From Escherichia coli (GTDB lineage: Bacteria; Pseudomonadota; Gammaproteobacteria; Enterobacterales; Enterobacteriaceae), in NCBI RefSeq assembly GCF_048403405.1, contig NZ_CP183129.1: a DNA stretch of 64,000 nucleotides; one strand, 5' to 3'. The notes beneath the pieces were generated by a model that saw nothing but the letters and a program-made list of their open reading frames with translations, was not told the DNA's origin and made no database searches. Positions 21,507 to 32,037 of the stretch are shown here, piece after piece. Numbering within the stretch: the first letter of the stretch is position 1; the number at the start of each line of letters is the position of its first letter. Position numbers and translations under genes: made by a program.

Positions 21507-21560
21507 TGGGATGGAGATTGGGGTGGCGTGATGGGATGGAGATTGGGGTGGCGTGATGGG
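21480..21560. repeat. tandem direct repeat, 25-bp unit gatgggatggagattggggtggcgt x3 plus a partial copy
   Basis: Units at 21480-21504, 21505-21529, 21530-21554 are identical; the first unit encodes the last phnP codons and the stop TGA 21504-21506. Confidence 0.9.
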
Positions 21561-21597
21561 GAGAATGTGCTCGCTGGCCCCCTCACCCGAGCCTACC

Positions 21598-21927
21598 TCA
21601 TCGCCCATACTCATCTTCCATTCTCCGCTCTTCATCCTCCAGTTGCCGACGCTCCTGATCAAGCTGGCGCTGGCGATCGTCCAGCTGCCTGCGGCGATCT
21701 TCAAACTGGCGGCGGCGGTCGTCATATTGTCTGCGCCGATCGTCGCTCACTTCACGCTGCCAGCCGTCGTCGTGCGAATCTTCATAGTCTCGCCCACGGT
21801 CAGGGTTATAAGCATCGTTAATCGCCTGCTGAATATTGCCAATGGTGTCGTCGATAATATCGGCCTGGGCCGGAACGGTGGACAGCGTGAGCAGGGTGAA
21901 TAAAAGAAATAGCGGAAAGCGTTTCAT
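21598..21927 (-). CDS. yjdP: secreted low-complexity protein with charged DDRRRQ-type repeats
   Basis: 109 aa; N-terminal signal peptide followed by RRRQ/DDRRRQ repeats; convergent with phnP. Confidence 0.8.
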   Translation of the reverse strand: MKRFPLFLLFTLLTLSTVPAQADIIDDTIGNIQQAINDAYNPDRGRDYEDSHDDGWQREVSDDRRRQYDDRRRQFEDRRRQLDDRQRQLDQERRQLEDEERRMEDEYGR

Positions 21928-21995
21928 TAGCCAACCTCAAAAAGAAACTCTATCCACATTAGTCATTACTCATCCATGCAAGTAGTGGATGAATC

Positions 21996-22313
21996 TCAAT
22001 TTCTCCGCTGCTCTATTGCCGTAATCGCCTCCACGTGTTGTTGATGACGACCGCCTTCGTACTGCGCGCCCAGCCACGCATCCACAATCATTTTTGCCAG
22101 TTCGAGGCCAACCACTCGTGAACCAAAAGCCAGTGCAACTTCACTGGCATAATGCGGATAATCAGTGCGCTCTGACGACCTGGTGTCTTTATCAATCACC
22201 TCACTCATTGACCATGAATAAAAGGCTGGCACAGCAACGCAGAATCCTGCGGTGCCAGCGACATGACCGCCCATTGCTCCGGTACGTTTTTTAATAAAAA
22301 ACACCGGTTGCAT
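21996..22313 (-). pseudogene. rpiB: degraded ribose-5-phosphate isomerase B remnant
   Basis: Translation ends ...FGSRVVGLELAKMIVDAWLGAQYEGGRHQQHVEAITAIEQRRN, matching the RpiB C-terminus as I recall it, and contains SERTDYPHYAS; about 52 internal residues including the ICGTG active-site Cys region are missing and the N-terminal GCDHVG motif reads GGHVAG. Confidence 0.6.
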
Positions 22314-22565
22314 TGATTAATTGTGCTCAGTATTTGCCGAAGTACAATATATATAATAAATATATAAAACACCTCATATTATTTACAGAGATAATAAATT
22401 CGCGTAATTTTCCCTCTTCAGCACAAATGCCTAATAAAATGGCGCGTTCAGCTCACACTTCTACTTATTAAAGTCGCAATTTCCCAATTATGATAACGCC
22501 AGCTTTAAATGACGTATTTTGCATGGATTACATATTTACGACACAAATGATAAATGGAGATTTAT

Positions 22566-24551
22566 ATGAATAACTCTCGGTTATTCCGTTTGAGCAGGAT
22601 TGTTATTGCGTTAACTGCCGCCAGCGGCATGATGGTAAATACCGCTTACGCAACAGATGAAGCGAAAGCCGCCACTCAATATACCCAACAGATTAATCAG
22701 AATTACGCCAAATCATTACCGTTTAGCGATCGTCAGGATTTTGACGATGCCCAGCGTGGATTTATCGCCCCGCTGCTGGATGAAGGTATTCTGCGTGATG
22801 CTAACGGTAAAGTTTACTACCGCGCAGACGATTACAAATTTGATATTAATGCCGCTGCGCCGGAAACCGTAAACCCCAGCCTGTGGCGTCAGTCGCAAAT
22901 CAACGGTATTTCTGGCCTGTTCAAAGTCACCGATAAAATGTATCAGGTGCGCGGCCAGGATATCTCTAACATTACGTTCGTTGAGGGCGAGAAAGGCATT
23001 ATTGTTATCGACCCACTGGTGACGCCGCCTACCGCAAAAGCCGCACTTGATCTTTACTTCCAGCATCGTCCGCAAAAACCGATTGTTGCTGTGATTTACA
23101 CCCACAGCCACGCCGACCATTATGGCGGTGTGAAAGGCATTATCTCTGAAGCCGATGTTAAATCCGGCAAAGTTCAGGTGATTGCTCCAGCTGGCTTTAT
23201 GGACGAAGCCATCAGCGAAAACGTGCTGGCGGGTAACATCATGAGCCGCCGTGCGCTCTACTCTTACGGTCTGTTACTGCCGCACAACGCGCAAGGCAAC
23301 GTGGGCAACGGCCTTGGCGTGACGCTGGCAACGGGCGACCCGAGCATTATTGCACCGACTAAAACTATCGTCAGAACTGGCGAGAAGATGATTATCGACG
23401 GCCTGGAGTTTGACTTCCTGATGACCCCAGGTAGCGAAGCGCCAGCCGAAATGCACTTCTATATTCCGGCCCTGAAAGCCCTGTGTACCGCCGAGAACGC
23501 CACGCATACCCTGCACAACTTCTACACTCTGCGCGGCGCGAAAACCCGCGATACCAGCAAGTGGACCGAGTACCTGAACGAAACGCTGGATATGTGGGGT
23601 AACGACGCGGAAGTACTGTTTATGCCGCACACCTGGCCGGTCTGGGGCAATAAGCATATCAATGATTATATTGGTAAATATCGCGATACTATCAAGTACA
23701 TTCACGACCAGACCCTGCACCTGGCGAACCAGGGCTACACCATGAATGAAATCGGCGACATGATTAAGCTGCCGCCTGCGCTTGCCAATAATTGGGCCAG
23801 CCGCGGCTATTACGGTTCTGTCAGCCACAACGCCCGCGCGGTATATAACTTCTATCTTGGCTATTACGACGGTAACCCGGCTAACCTGCATCCCTATGGT
23901 CAGGTGGAGATGGGTAAACGTTACGTGCAGGCGCTGGGCGGTTCTGCCCGTGTCATCAACCTGGCGCAAGAAGCGAACAAGCAAGGTGATTACCGTTGGT
24001 CGGCAGAACTGCTGAAACAGGTGATTGCCGCCAACCCAGGTGACCAGGTCGCGAAGAATCTGCAAGCGAATAACTTTGAACAGCTGGGCTATCAGGCCGA
24101 GTCCGCCACCTGGCGCGGTTTCTACCTGACCGGCGCGAAAGAGCTGCGCGAAGGGGTACATAAGTTCAGCCACAGCTCCACCGGTTCCCCGGACACCCTT
24201 CGCGGGATGTCGGTCGAAATGCTATTCGACTTTATGGCCGTTCGCCTCGATAGCGCGAAAGCCGCAGGTAAGAATATCAGCCTGAACTTCAATATGAGCA
24301 ACGGCGATAACCTCAACCTGACGCTGAACGATAGCGTGCTTAACTACCGTAAAACGCTGCAACCTGAAGCCAACGCCTCTTTCTACATCAGCCGTGAAGA
24401 TCTTCACGCCGTGCTGACCGGACAAGCCAAAATGGCGGATCTGGTAAAAGCGAAGAAAGCCAAAATTATTGGCAATGGTGCGAAACTGGAAGAAATTATT
24501 GCCTGTCTGGATAATTTCGATTTGTGGGTGAATATCGTAACCCCAAATTAA
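22566..24551 (+). CDS. yjcS: alkyl/aryl-sulfatase-like metallo-beta-lactamase-fold protein, secreted
   Basis: ORF trimmed to ATG 22566 (GGAG 8 nt upstream), 661 aa; signal peptide; HxHxDH motif YTHSHADH. Confidence 0.85.
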   Translation: MNNSRLFRLSRIVIALTAASGMMVNTAYATDEAKAATQYTQQINQNYAKSLPFSDRQDFDDAQRGFIAPLLDEGILRDANGKVYYRADDYKFDINAAAPETVNPSLWRQSQINGISGLFKVTDKMYQVRGQDISNITFVEGEKGIIVIDPLVTPPTAKAALDLYFQHRPQKPIVAVIYTHSHADHYGGVKGIISEADVKSGKVQVIAPAGFMDEAISENVLAGNIMSRRALYSYGLLLPHNAQGNVGNGLGVTLATGDPSIIAPTKTIVRTGEKMIIDGLEFDFLMTPGSEAPAEMHFYIPALKALCTAENATHTLHNFYTLRGAKTRDTSKWTEYLNETLDMWGNDAEVLFMPHTWPVWGNKHINDYIGKYRDTIKYIHDQTLHLANQGYTMNEIGDMIKLPPALANNWASRGYYGSVSHNARAVYNFYLGYYDGNPANLHPYGQVEMGKRYVQALGGSARVINLAQEANKQGDYRWSAELLKQVIAANPGDQVAKNLQANNFEQLGYQAESATWRGFYLTGAKELREGVHKFSHSSTGSPDTLRGMSVEMLFDFMAVRLDSAKAAGKNISLNFNMSNGDNLNLTLNDSVLNYRKTLQPEANASFYISREDLHAVLTGQAKMADLVKAKKAKIIGNGAKLEEIIACLDNFDLWVNIVTPN

Positions 24552-24561
24552 TGCCACTCAC

Positions 24562-24598
24562 TTTTGGGGGCCCTTAAGCCCCCAAAAGCATTTATTTA
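24562..24598 (+). terminator. rho-independent terminator of yjcS
   Basis: 10-bp stem ttttgggggc / gcccccaaaa with 6-nt loop, followed by catttatttaaaaaa. Confidence 0.7.
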
Positions 24599-24759
24599 AA
24601 AAATATATACAGCAAATTAATACATAAAATATATAAGTTATGAATGCGGTGGCTGAATAAAGCTATTTTTATTCATCGAGAAAATAGCCATACTGACGCC
24701 TTCAATGGATATTGATATTCACTACAGATATTGTTCGCAGCAGACAGGATGTATTTAAT

Positions 24760-25035
24760 ATGCCAACAGTTCTCTCTCGCATGGCGATGCAACTCAAAAA
24801 AACAGCCTGGATAATTCCCGTCTTCATGGTTTCGGGATGCTCATTATCTCCGGCAATCCCGGTGATCGGCGCTTATTATCCCAGCTGGTTTTTCTGCGCC
24901 ATTGCCAGCCTTATTTTGACGCTCATCACGAGGCGAATTATTCAGCGGGCAAATATCAATCTGGCATTTGTCGGAATTATTTATACCGCCCTTTTTGCTC
25001 TCTACGCCATGCTGCTCTGGCTGGCATTTTTCTAA
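24760..25035 (+). CDS. ytcA: small lipoprotein-like membrane protein upstream of mdtN
   Basis: ORF trimmed to ATG 24760 (MPTVLSRMAMQLKK...), 91 aa; lipobox-like VSGCSL. Confidence 0.75.
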   Translation: MPTVLSRMAMQLKKTAWIIPVFMVSGCSLSPAIPVIGAYYPSWFFCAIASLILTLITRRIIQRANINLAFVGIIYTALFALYAMLLWLAFF

Positions 25036-25053
25036 TTTATTTGAGACGCGCTC

Positions 25054-26085
25054 ATGGAAAGTACGCCGAAAAAAGCTCCTCGCAGTAAATTCCCTGCTCT
25101 GTTAGTGGTTGCGTTGGCGCTGGTTGCCCTTGTTTTCGTTATCTGGCGCGTAGACAGTGCGCCATCAACTAATGACGCCTACGCGTCAGCAGATACCATT
25201 GATGTGGTGCCGGAAGTCAGCGGTCGCATTGTAGAACTGGCGGTCACCGACAACCAAGCGGTGAAACAGGGCGATTTGCTGTTCCGCATCGACCCGCGCC
25301 CGTACGAAGCCAATCTGGCGAAAGCCGAAGCCTCCCTCGCGGCGCTGGATAAGCAAATTATGCTCACCCAGCGTAGCGTTGACGCGCAACAGTTTGGTGC
25401 CGACTCGGTTAATGCCACGGTAGAAAAAGCCCGTGCCGCCGCGAAACAGGCCACAGATACATTACGCCGCACCGAGCCATTACTGAAAGAAGGTTTTGTC
25501 TCAGCGGAAGACGTTGACCGTGCAAGAACTGCGCAGCGCGCTGCAGAAGCGGATCTTAATGCCGTATTGTTACAGGCGCAGTCAGCCGCCAGCGCCGTCA
25601 GCGGCGTCGATGCGCTGGTGGCGCAACGTGCGGCGGTCGAAGCGGATATTGCCCTGACCAAACTGCATCTGGAAATGGCGACCGTTCGCGCGCCGTTTGA
25701 TGGCCGGGTCATTTCCCTCAAAACCTCCGTCGGGCAATTTGCTTCTGCCATGCGCCCTATTTTCACCCTAATCGACACTCGTCACTGGTACGTGATCGCC
25801 AATTTCCGCGAAACTGATCTGAAAAATATTCGCTCAGGTACACCCGCAACGATTCGCCTGATGAGCGACAGCGGCAAAACCTTCGAGGGTAAAGTGGATT
25901 CGATTGGCTACGGCGTGCTACCGGATGACGGCGGCCTGGTGCTGGGCGGCCTGCCGAAAGTGTCTCGTTCTATTAACTGGGTCCGCGTTGCCCAGCGTTT
26001 TCCGGTCAAAATCATGGTTGATAAACCTGACCCGGAAATGTTCCGCATCGGCGCTTCGGCAGTCGCTAATCTTGAGCCGCAATAA
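25054..26085 (+). CDS. mdtN: efflux pump membrane fusion protein (HlyD family)
   Basis: 343 aa; single N-terminal TM helix then coiled-coil periplasmic domain. Confidence 0.88.
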   Translation: MESTPKKAPRSKFPALLVVALALVALVFVIWRVDSAPSTNDAYASADTIDVVPEVSGRIVELAVTDNQAVKQGDLLFRIDPRPYEANLAKAEASLAALDKQIMLTQRSVDAQQFGADSVNATVEKARAAAKQATDTLRRTEPLLKEGFVSAEDVDRARTAQRAAEADLNAVLLQAQSAASAVSGVDALVAQRAAVEADIALTKLHLEMATVRAPFDGRVISLKTSVGQFASAMRPIFTLIDTRHWYVIANFRETDLKNIRSGTPATIRLMSDSGKTFEGKVDSIGYGVLPDDGGLVLGGLPKVSRSINWVRVAQRFPVKIMVDKPDPEMFRIGASAVANLEPQ

Positions 26086-28136
26086 TGAGCGCGCTCAACT
26101 CCCTGCCATTACCGGTGGTCAGGCTGCTGGCGTTCTTTCATGAAGAGTTAAGCGAGCGGCGACCAGGCCGCGTGCCGCAGACTATGCAACTCTGGGTAGG
26201 CTGCCTGCTGGTGATTCTGATCTCGATGACTTTTGAGATCCCTTTTGTGGCGTTATCACTGGCAGTGCTGTTTTACGGTATTCAGTCGAACGCGTTTTAC
26301 ACCAAATTTGTGGCGATCTTGTTTGTGGTCGCCACGATGCTGGAAATCGCCAGCCTGTTTTTGATCTACAAATGGTCATATGGCGAACCGTTGATCCGAT
26401 TGATCATTGCCGGACCGATCCTGATGGGCTGCATGTTTTTGATGCGCACCCATCGGTTGGGGCTGGTCTTTTTCGCCGTCGCCATTGTCGCTATTTACGG
26501 GCAAACCTTCCCCGCCATGCTCGACTATCCGGAAGTGGTCGTGCGCTTAACCCTGTGGTGTATCGTTGTTGGCCTCTATCCAACCTTGCTGATGACGTTA
26601 ATCGGCGTGCTGTGGTTTCCCAGCCGCACCATTACGCAAATGCATCAAGCGCTTAATGATCGGCTTGATGATGCCATTAGTCACCTGACGGACAGCCTCG
26701 CACCGCTACCCGAAACGCGGATTGAAAGAGAGGCGCTGGCGCTGCAAAAACTCAATGTCTTTTGCCTCGCGGACGATGCCAACTGGCGAACTCAGAGCGC
26801 ATGGTGGCAAAGCTGCGTGGCAACGGTAACCTACATTTACTCGACGCTGAATCGCTACGATCCCACCTCTTTTGCTGATTCTCAGGCAATTATTGAATTT
26901 CGGCAAAAATTAGCCACAGAAATCAACAAACTGCAGCATGCCATTGCCGAAGGTCAGTGCTGGCAAAGCGACTGGCGGATCACTGAAAGTGAAGCGATGG
27001 CGGCACGGGAATGTAACCTGGAGAATATCTGCCAGACATTGTTGCAACTGGGTCAGATGGACCCGAATACGCCGCCAACGCCCGCCACCAAACCGCCATC
27101 AATGGTCGCCGACGCTTTTACCAATCCAGACTATATGCGCTACGCGGTAAAAACGCTGCTCGCCTGTTTGATCTGTTACACCTTCTACAGCGGCGTGGAC
27201 TGGGAAGGCATTCACACCTGTATGCTGACCTGCGTGATCGTCGCTAACCCGAATGTTGGTTCGTCGTATCAGAAAATGGCGCTGCGTTTTGGCGGTGCCT
27301 TCTGCGGTGCAATTCTGGCGCTGTTATTCACGCTACTGGTCATGCCCTGGCTGGACAATATTGTCGAATTGCTGTTTGTGCTGGCACCGATTTTCCTGTT
27401 GGGCGCATGGATTGCCACCAGCTCTGAACGCTCTTCTTATATCGGCACACAGATGGTGGTTACCTTCGCGCTCGCCACGCTCGAAAATGTTTTTGGCCCG
27501 GTGTACGACCTGGTGGAAATTCGCGATCGCGCCCTGGGTATCATCATTGGTACCGTGGTGTCCGCGGTGATTTACACCTTTGTCTGGCCTGAAAGTGAAG
27601 CGCGCACACTGCCGCAAAAACTGGCTGGCGCGCTGGGTATGTTGAGTAAAGTAATGCGGATCCCACGCCAGCAGGAAGTCACGGCTCTGCGCACTTATCT
27701 GCAAATTCGTATAGGTCTGCATGCGGCGTTTAATGCCTGTGAAGAGATGTGCCAACGCGTGGCGCTGGAGCGTCAACTGGACAGCGAAGAACGCGCTTTA
27801 CTGATTGAACGTTCGCAAACGGTTATTCGTCAGGGCCGCGATATTCTTCACGCCTGGGATGCAACCTGGAACTCGGCGCAAGCGCTGGATAACGCACTAC
27901 AGCCGGACAGAGCAGGTCAGTTTGCCGACGCACTGGAGAAATACGCCGCCGGTCTGGCAACCGCACTCAGCCGTTCTCCTCAAATAACGCTTGAAGAAAC
28001 ACCCGCCTCGCAGGCCATCCTGCCGACCTTATTAAAACAGGAGCAACACGTCTGCCAGCTTTTCGCCCGCTTGCCAGACTGGACAGCCCCGGCATTAACG
28101 CCCGCCACGGAACAGGTACAAGGAGCCACGCAATGA
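26085..28136 (+). CDS. mdtO: efflux pump inner-membrane component (FUSC/ArAE-like)
   Basis: 683 aa; two hydrophobic TM blocks; start overlaps mdtN stop. Confidence 0.88.
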   Translation: MSALNSLPLPVVRLLAFFHEELSERRPGRVPQTMQLWVGCLLVILISMTFEIPFVALSLAVLFYGIQSNAFYTKFVAILFVVATMLEIASLFLIYKWSYGEPLIRLIIAGPILMGCMFLMRTHRLGLVFFAVAIVAIYGQTFPAMLDYPEVVVRLTLWCIVVGLYPTLLMTLIGVLWFPSRTITQMHQALNDRLDDAISHLTDSLAPLPETRIEREALALQKLNVFCLADDANWRTQSAWWQSCVATVTYIYSTLNRYDPTSFADSQAIIEFRQKLATEINKLQHAIAEGQCWQSDWRITESEAMAARECNLENICQTLLQLGQMDPNTPPTPATKPPSMVADAFTNPDYMRYAVKTLLACLICYTFYSGVDWEGIHTCMLTCVIVANPNVGSSYQKMALRFGGAFCGAILALLFTLLVMPWLDNIVELLFVLAPIFLLGAWIATSSERSSYIGTQMVVTFALATLENVFGPVYDLVEIRDRALGIIIGTVVSAVIYTFVWPESEARTLPQKLAGALGMLSKVMRIPRQQEVTALRTYLQIRIGLHAAFNACEEMCQRVALERQLDSEERALLIERSQTVIRQGRDILHAWDATWNSAQALDNALQPDRAGQFADALEKYAAGLATALSRSPQITLEETPASQAILPTLLKQEQHVCQLFARLPDWTAPALTPATEQVQGATQ

Positions 28137-29599
28137 TCAATCGTCAACTTTCACGTCTGCTGTTGTGCAGCATTCTCGGCAGCACGACGCTGATTTCCGG
28201 CTGTGCCCTGGTACGCAAGGATTCTGCGCCTCATCAACAGCTCAAACCTGAACAAATCAAACTGGCCGATGATATTCATCTTGCCAGCTCCGGCTGGCCG
28301 CAGGCGCAGTGGTGGAAACAACTCAATGACCCGCAGTTGGATGCCCTGATCCAACGGACGCTAAGTGGTTCACACACCCTCGCCGAAGCGAAACTGCGGG
28401 AAGAAAAAGCGCAGTCCCAGGCCGATTTGTTAGATGCTGGTTCACAGTTGCAGGTGGCAGCGTTAGGGATGCTCAACCGCCAACGTGTCTCGGCGAACGG
28501 CTTTTTAAGCCCTTATGCGATGGATGCGCCCGCACTGGGGATGGACGGGCCGTACTATACGGAAGCCACAGTCGGTTTGTTTGCCGGATTGGATCTTGAT
28601 TTGTGGGGTGTGCATCGCTCAGCGGTTGCCGCCGCCATTGGCGCGCATAATGCCGCGCTGGCAGAAACCGCAGCAGTAGAGCTATCGCTGACCACGGGCG
28701 TAGCGCAGCTTTATTACAGTATGCAGGCCAGCTATCAGATGCTCGATCTGTTAGAACAAACTCGCGATGTGATTGATTACGCGGTAAAAGCGCACCAGAG
28801 TAAAGTGGCGCACGGTCTGGAAGCGCAAGTGCCTTTCCACGGCGCGCGGGCACAGATTCTGGCGGTCGATAAACAAATTGCTGCCGTTAAAGGGCAAATC
28901 TCCGAAACGCGAGAATCTCTGCGCGCATTGATTGGCGCGGGAGCCAGCGATATGCCGGAGATCAGACCGGTGGCATTACCGCAAGTCCAGACCGGCATTC
29001 CGGCGACACTCTCTTATGAGTTGCTCGCCAGACGCCCGGATCTGCAAGCCATGCGCTGGTATGTTCAGGCGTCATTAGATCAGGTGGATTCCGCGCGGGC
29101 GTTGTTCTACCCGAGCTTTGATATCAAAGCGTTTTTCGGCCTGGATTCTATCCACCTGGATACCTTATTCAAAAAAACCAGTCGCCAGTTCAACTTTATC
29201 CCAGGTCTGAAATTGCCGCTGTTTGACGGTGGACGGTTGAATGCCAATCTCGAAGGCACTCGCGCCGCCAGCAACATGATGATTGAACGTTACAACCAGT
29301 CAGTGCTGAATGCGGTGCGCGACGTTGCCGTCAACGGCACGCGTCTGCAAACGCTCAACGACGAGCGAGAGATGCAGGCTGAACGCGTGGAAGCAACGCG
29401 CTTCACCCAGCGCGCTGCCGAGGCCGCCTATCAGCGCGGCTTAACCAGCCGCTTACAGGCCACCGAAGCCCGGTTGCCAGTGCTTGCCGAGGAGATGTCA
29501 TTACTGATGCTGGACAGCCGCCGGGTGATCCAAAGCATTCAGTTGATGAAATCGCTGGGCGGCGGGTATCAGGCAAGTCCCGTCGTCGAGAAAAAATAA
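28133..29599 (+). CDS. mdtP: outer membrane efflux channel lipoprotein (TolC/OMF family)
   Basis: 488 aa; lipoprotein signal LISGCAL; ATGA overlap with mdtO. Confidence 0.88.
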   Translation: MINRQLSRLLLCSILGSTTLISGCALVRKDSAPHQQLKPEQIKLADDIHLASSGWPQAQWWKQLNDPQLDALIQRTLSGSHTLAEAKLREEKAQSQADLLDAGSQLQVAALGMLNRQRVSANGFLSPYAMDAPALGMDGPYYTEATVGLFAGLDLDLWGVHRSAVAAAIGAHNAALAETAAVELSLTTGVAQLYYSMQASYQMLDLLEQTRDVIDYAVKAHQSKVAHGLEAQVPFHGARAQILAVDKQIAAVKGQISETRESLRALIGAGASDMPEIRPVALPQVQTGIPATLSYELLARRPDLQAMRWYVQASLDQVDSARALFYPSFDIKAFFGLDSIHLDTLFKKTSRQFNFIPGLKLPLFDGGRLNANLEGTRAASNMMIERYNQSVLNAVRDVAVNGTRLQTLNDEREMQAERVEATRFTQRAAEAAYQRGLTSRLQATEARLPVLAEEMSLLMLDSRRVIQSIQLMKSLGGGYQASPVVEKK

Positions 29600-29729
29600 A
29601 ATGTCTGCCGCGTGATGGCTGTCACGCGGTATTTCGTTTCGTCACGTCAAAACTGACGACAGCCTGTTTTTCGTCAGAGTTTTGAATAAATAGTGCCCGT
29701 AATATCAGGGAATGACCCCAAATAAAATG

Positions 29730-29745
29730 TGGCATAAAAGATGCA
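29730..29745 (+). promoter_or_regulatory. sigma-54 (-24/-12) promoter of fdhF
   Basis: TGGCATaaaagATGCA, with GG and GC 12 bp apart, 52-67 bp upstream of the fdhF ATG; fdhF is a known FhlA/sigma-54 target. Confidence 0.65.
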
Positions 29746-29796
29746 TACTGTAGTCGAGAGCGCGTATGCGTGATTTGATTAACTGGAGCGAGACCG

Positions 29797-31944
29797 ATGA
29801 AAAAAGTCGTCACGGTTTGCCCCTATTGCGCATCAGGTTGCAAAATCAACCTGGTCGTCGATAACGGCAAAATCGTCCGGGCGGAGGCAGCGCAGGGGAA
29901 AACCAACCAGGGTACCCTGTGTCTGAAGGGTTATTATGGCTGGGACTTCATTAACGATACCCAGATCCTGACCCCGCGCCTGAAAACCCCCATGATCCGT
30001 CGCCAGCGTGGCGGCAAACTCGAACCTGTTTCCTGGGATGAGGCACTGAATTACGTTGCCGAGCGCCTGAGCGCCATCAAAGAGAAGTACGGTCCGGATG
30101 CCATCCAGACGACCGGCTCCTCGCGTGGTACGGGTAACGAAACCAACTATGTAATGCAAAAATTTGCGCGCGCCGTTATTGGTACCAATAACGTTGACTG
30201 CTGCGCTCGTGTCTGACACGGCCCATCGGTTGCAGGTCTGCACCAATCGGTCGGTAATGGCGCAATGAGCAATGCTATTAACGAAATTGATAATACCGAT
30301 TTAGTGTTCGTTTTCGGGTACAACCCGGCGGATTCCCACCCAATCGTGGCGAACCACGTAATTAACGCTAAACGTAACGGGGCGAAAATTATAGTCTGCG
30401 ATCCACGCAAAATTGAAACCGCGCGCATTGCGGACATGCACATTGCACTGAAAAACGGCTCGAACATCGCGCTGTTGAATGCGATGGGCCATGTCATTAT
30501 TGAAGAAAATCTGTACGACAAAGCATTCGTCGCTTCCCGTACAGAAGGCTTTGAAGAGTATCGTAAAATCGTTGAAGGCTACACGCCGGAGTCGGTTGAA
30601 GATATCACCGGCGTCAGCGCCAGTGAGATTCGTCAGGCGGCACGGATGTATGCCCAGGCGAAAAGCGCCGCCATCCTGTGGGGCATGGGTGTAACCCAGT
30701 TCTACCAGGGCGTGGAAACCGTGCGTTCTCTGACCAGCCTCGCGATGCTGACCGGTAACCTCGGTAAGCCGCATGCGGGTGTAAACCCGGTTCGTGGTCA
30801 GAACAACGTGCAGGGTGCCTGCGATATGGGCGCGCTGCCGGATACGTATCCGGGATACCAGTACGTGAAAGATCCAGCTAACCGTGAGAAATTCGCCAAA
30901 GCCTGGGGCGTGGAAAGCCTGCCAGCGCATACCGGCTATCGCATCAGCGAGCTGCCGCACCGCGTAGCGCATGGCGAAGTGCGTGCCGCGTACATTATGG
31001 GCGAAGATCCGCTGCAAACTGACGCGGAGCTGTCGGCAGTACGTAAAGCCTTTGAAGATCTGGAACTGGTTATCGTTCAGGACATCTTTATGACCAAAAC
31101 CGCGTCGGCGGCGGATGTTATTTTACCGTCAACGTCGTGGGGCGAGCATGAAGGCGTGTTTACTGCGGCTGACCGTGGCTTCCAGCGTTTCTTCAAAGCA
31201 GTTGAGCCGAAATGGGATCTGAAAACGGACTGGCAAATCATCAGTGAAATTGCCACTCGTATGGGTTATCCGATGCACTACAACAACACCCAGGAGATCT
31301 GGGATGAGTTGCGTCATCTGTGCCCGGATTTCTACGGTGCGACTTACGAGAAAATGGGCGAACTGGGCTTCATTCAGTGGCCTTGCCGCGATACTTCAGA
31401 TGCCGATCAGGGGACTTCTTATCTGTTTAAAGAGAAGTTTGATACCCCGAACGGTCTGGCGCAGTTCTTCACCTGCGACTGGGTAGCGCCAATCGACAAA
31501 CTCACCGACGAGTATCCGATGGTACTGTCAACGGTGCGTGAAGTTGGTCACTACTCTTGCCGTTCGATGACCGGTAACTGTGCGGCACTGGCGGCGCTGG
31601 CTGATGAACCTGGCTACGCACAAATCAATACCGAAGACGCCAAACGTCTGGGTATTGAAGATGAGGCATTGGTTTGGGTGCACTCGCGTAAAGGCAAAAT
31701 TATCACCCGTGCGCAGGTCAGCGATCGTCCGAACAAAGGGGCGATTTATATGACCTACCAGTGGTGGATTGGTGCCTGTAACGAGCTGGTTACCGAAAAC
31801 TTAAGCCCGATTACGAAAACGCCGGAATACAAATACTGCGCCGTGCGCGTCGAGCCGATCGCCGATCAGCGCGCCGCCGAGCAGTACGTGATTGACGAGT
31901 ACAACAAGTTGAAAACTCGCCTGCGCGAAGCGGCACTGGCGTAA
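29797..31944 (+). CDS. fdhF: formate dehydrogenase H, selenocysteine-containing molybdoenzyme (in-frame UGA at codon 140 is read as Sec)
   Basis: ORF-track ORFs 29797-30216 and 30265-31944 are in the same frame, separated only by TGA 30214-30216 with a SECIS hairpin directly downstream; N-terminal 4Fe-4S Cys motif CPYCASGC; joined length 715 aa. Confidence 0.93.
30214..30258 (+). other. UGA-Sec codon plus SECIS stem-loop
   Basis: tga cacggcccatcggttgcaggtctgcaccaatcggtcggtaatgg read directly; matches the fdhF SECIS as I recall it. Confidence 0.85.
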
Positions 31945-31957
31945 TACAGTCCTTTCT

Positions 31958-31987
31958 ACAGCCTCCTTTCGGAGGCTGTTTTTTTAT
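31958..31987 (+). terminator. rho-independent terminator of fdhF
   Basis: 9-bp stem acagcctcc / ggaggctgt with loop tttc, followed by a run of 8 T. Confidence 0.8.
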
Positions 31988-32037
31988 CCATTCGAACTCT
32001 TTATACTGGTTACTCCCTACCCAATCGTATTATCAAA

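Noticed and set aside
21480-21560. Possible CRISPR array
   Set aside because: Units are directly tandem with no spacers, only three copies, 25 bp, and no cas genes nearby
30214-30216. fdhF as a pseudogene interrupted by a premature stop
   Set aside because: Both ORF fragments are in the same frame, the only interruption is a single TGA, and a SECIS-like hairpin follows; the stop is recoded as selenocysteine
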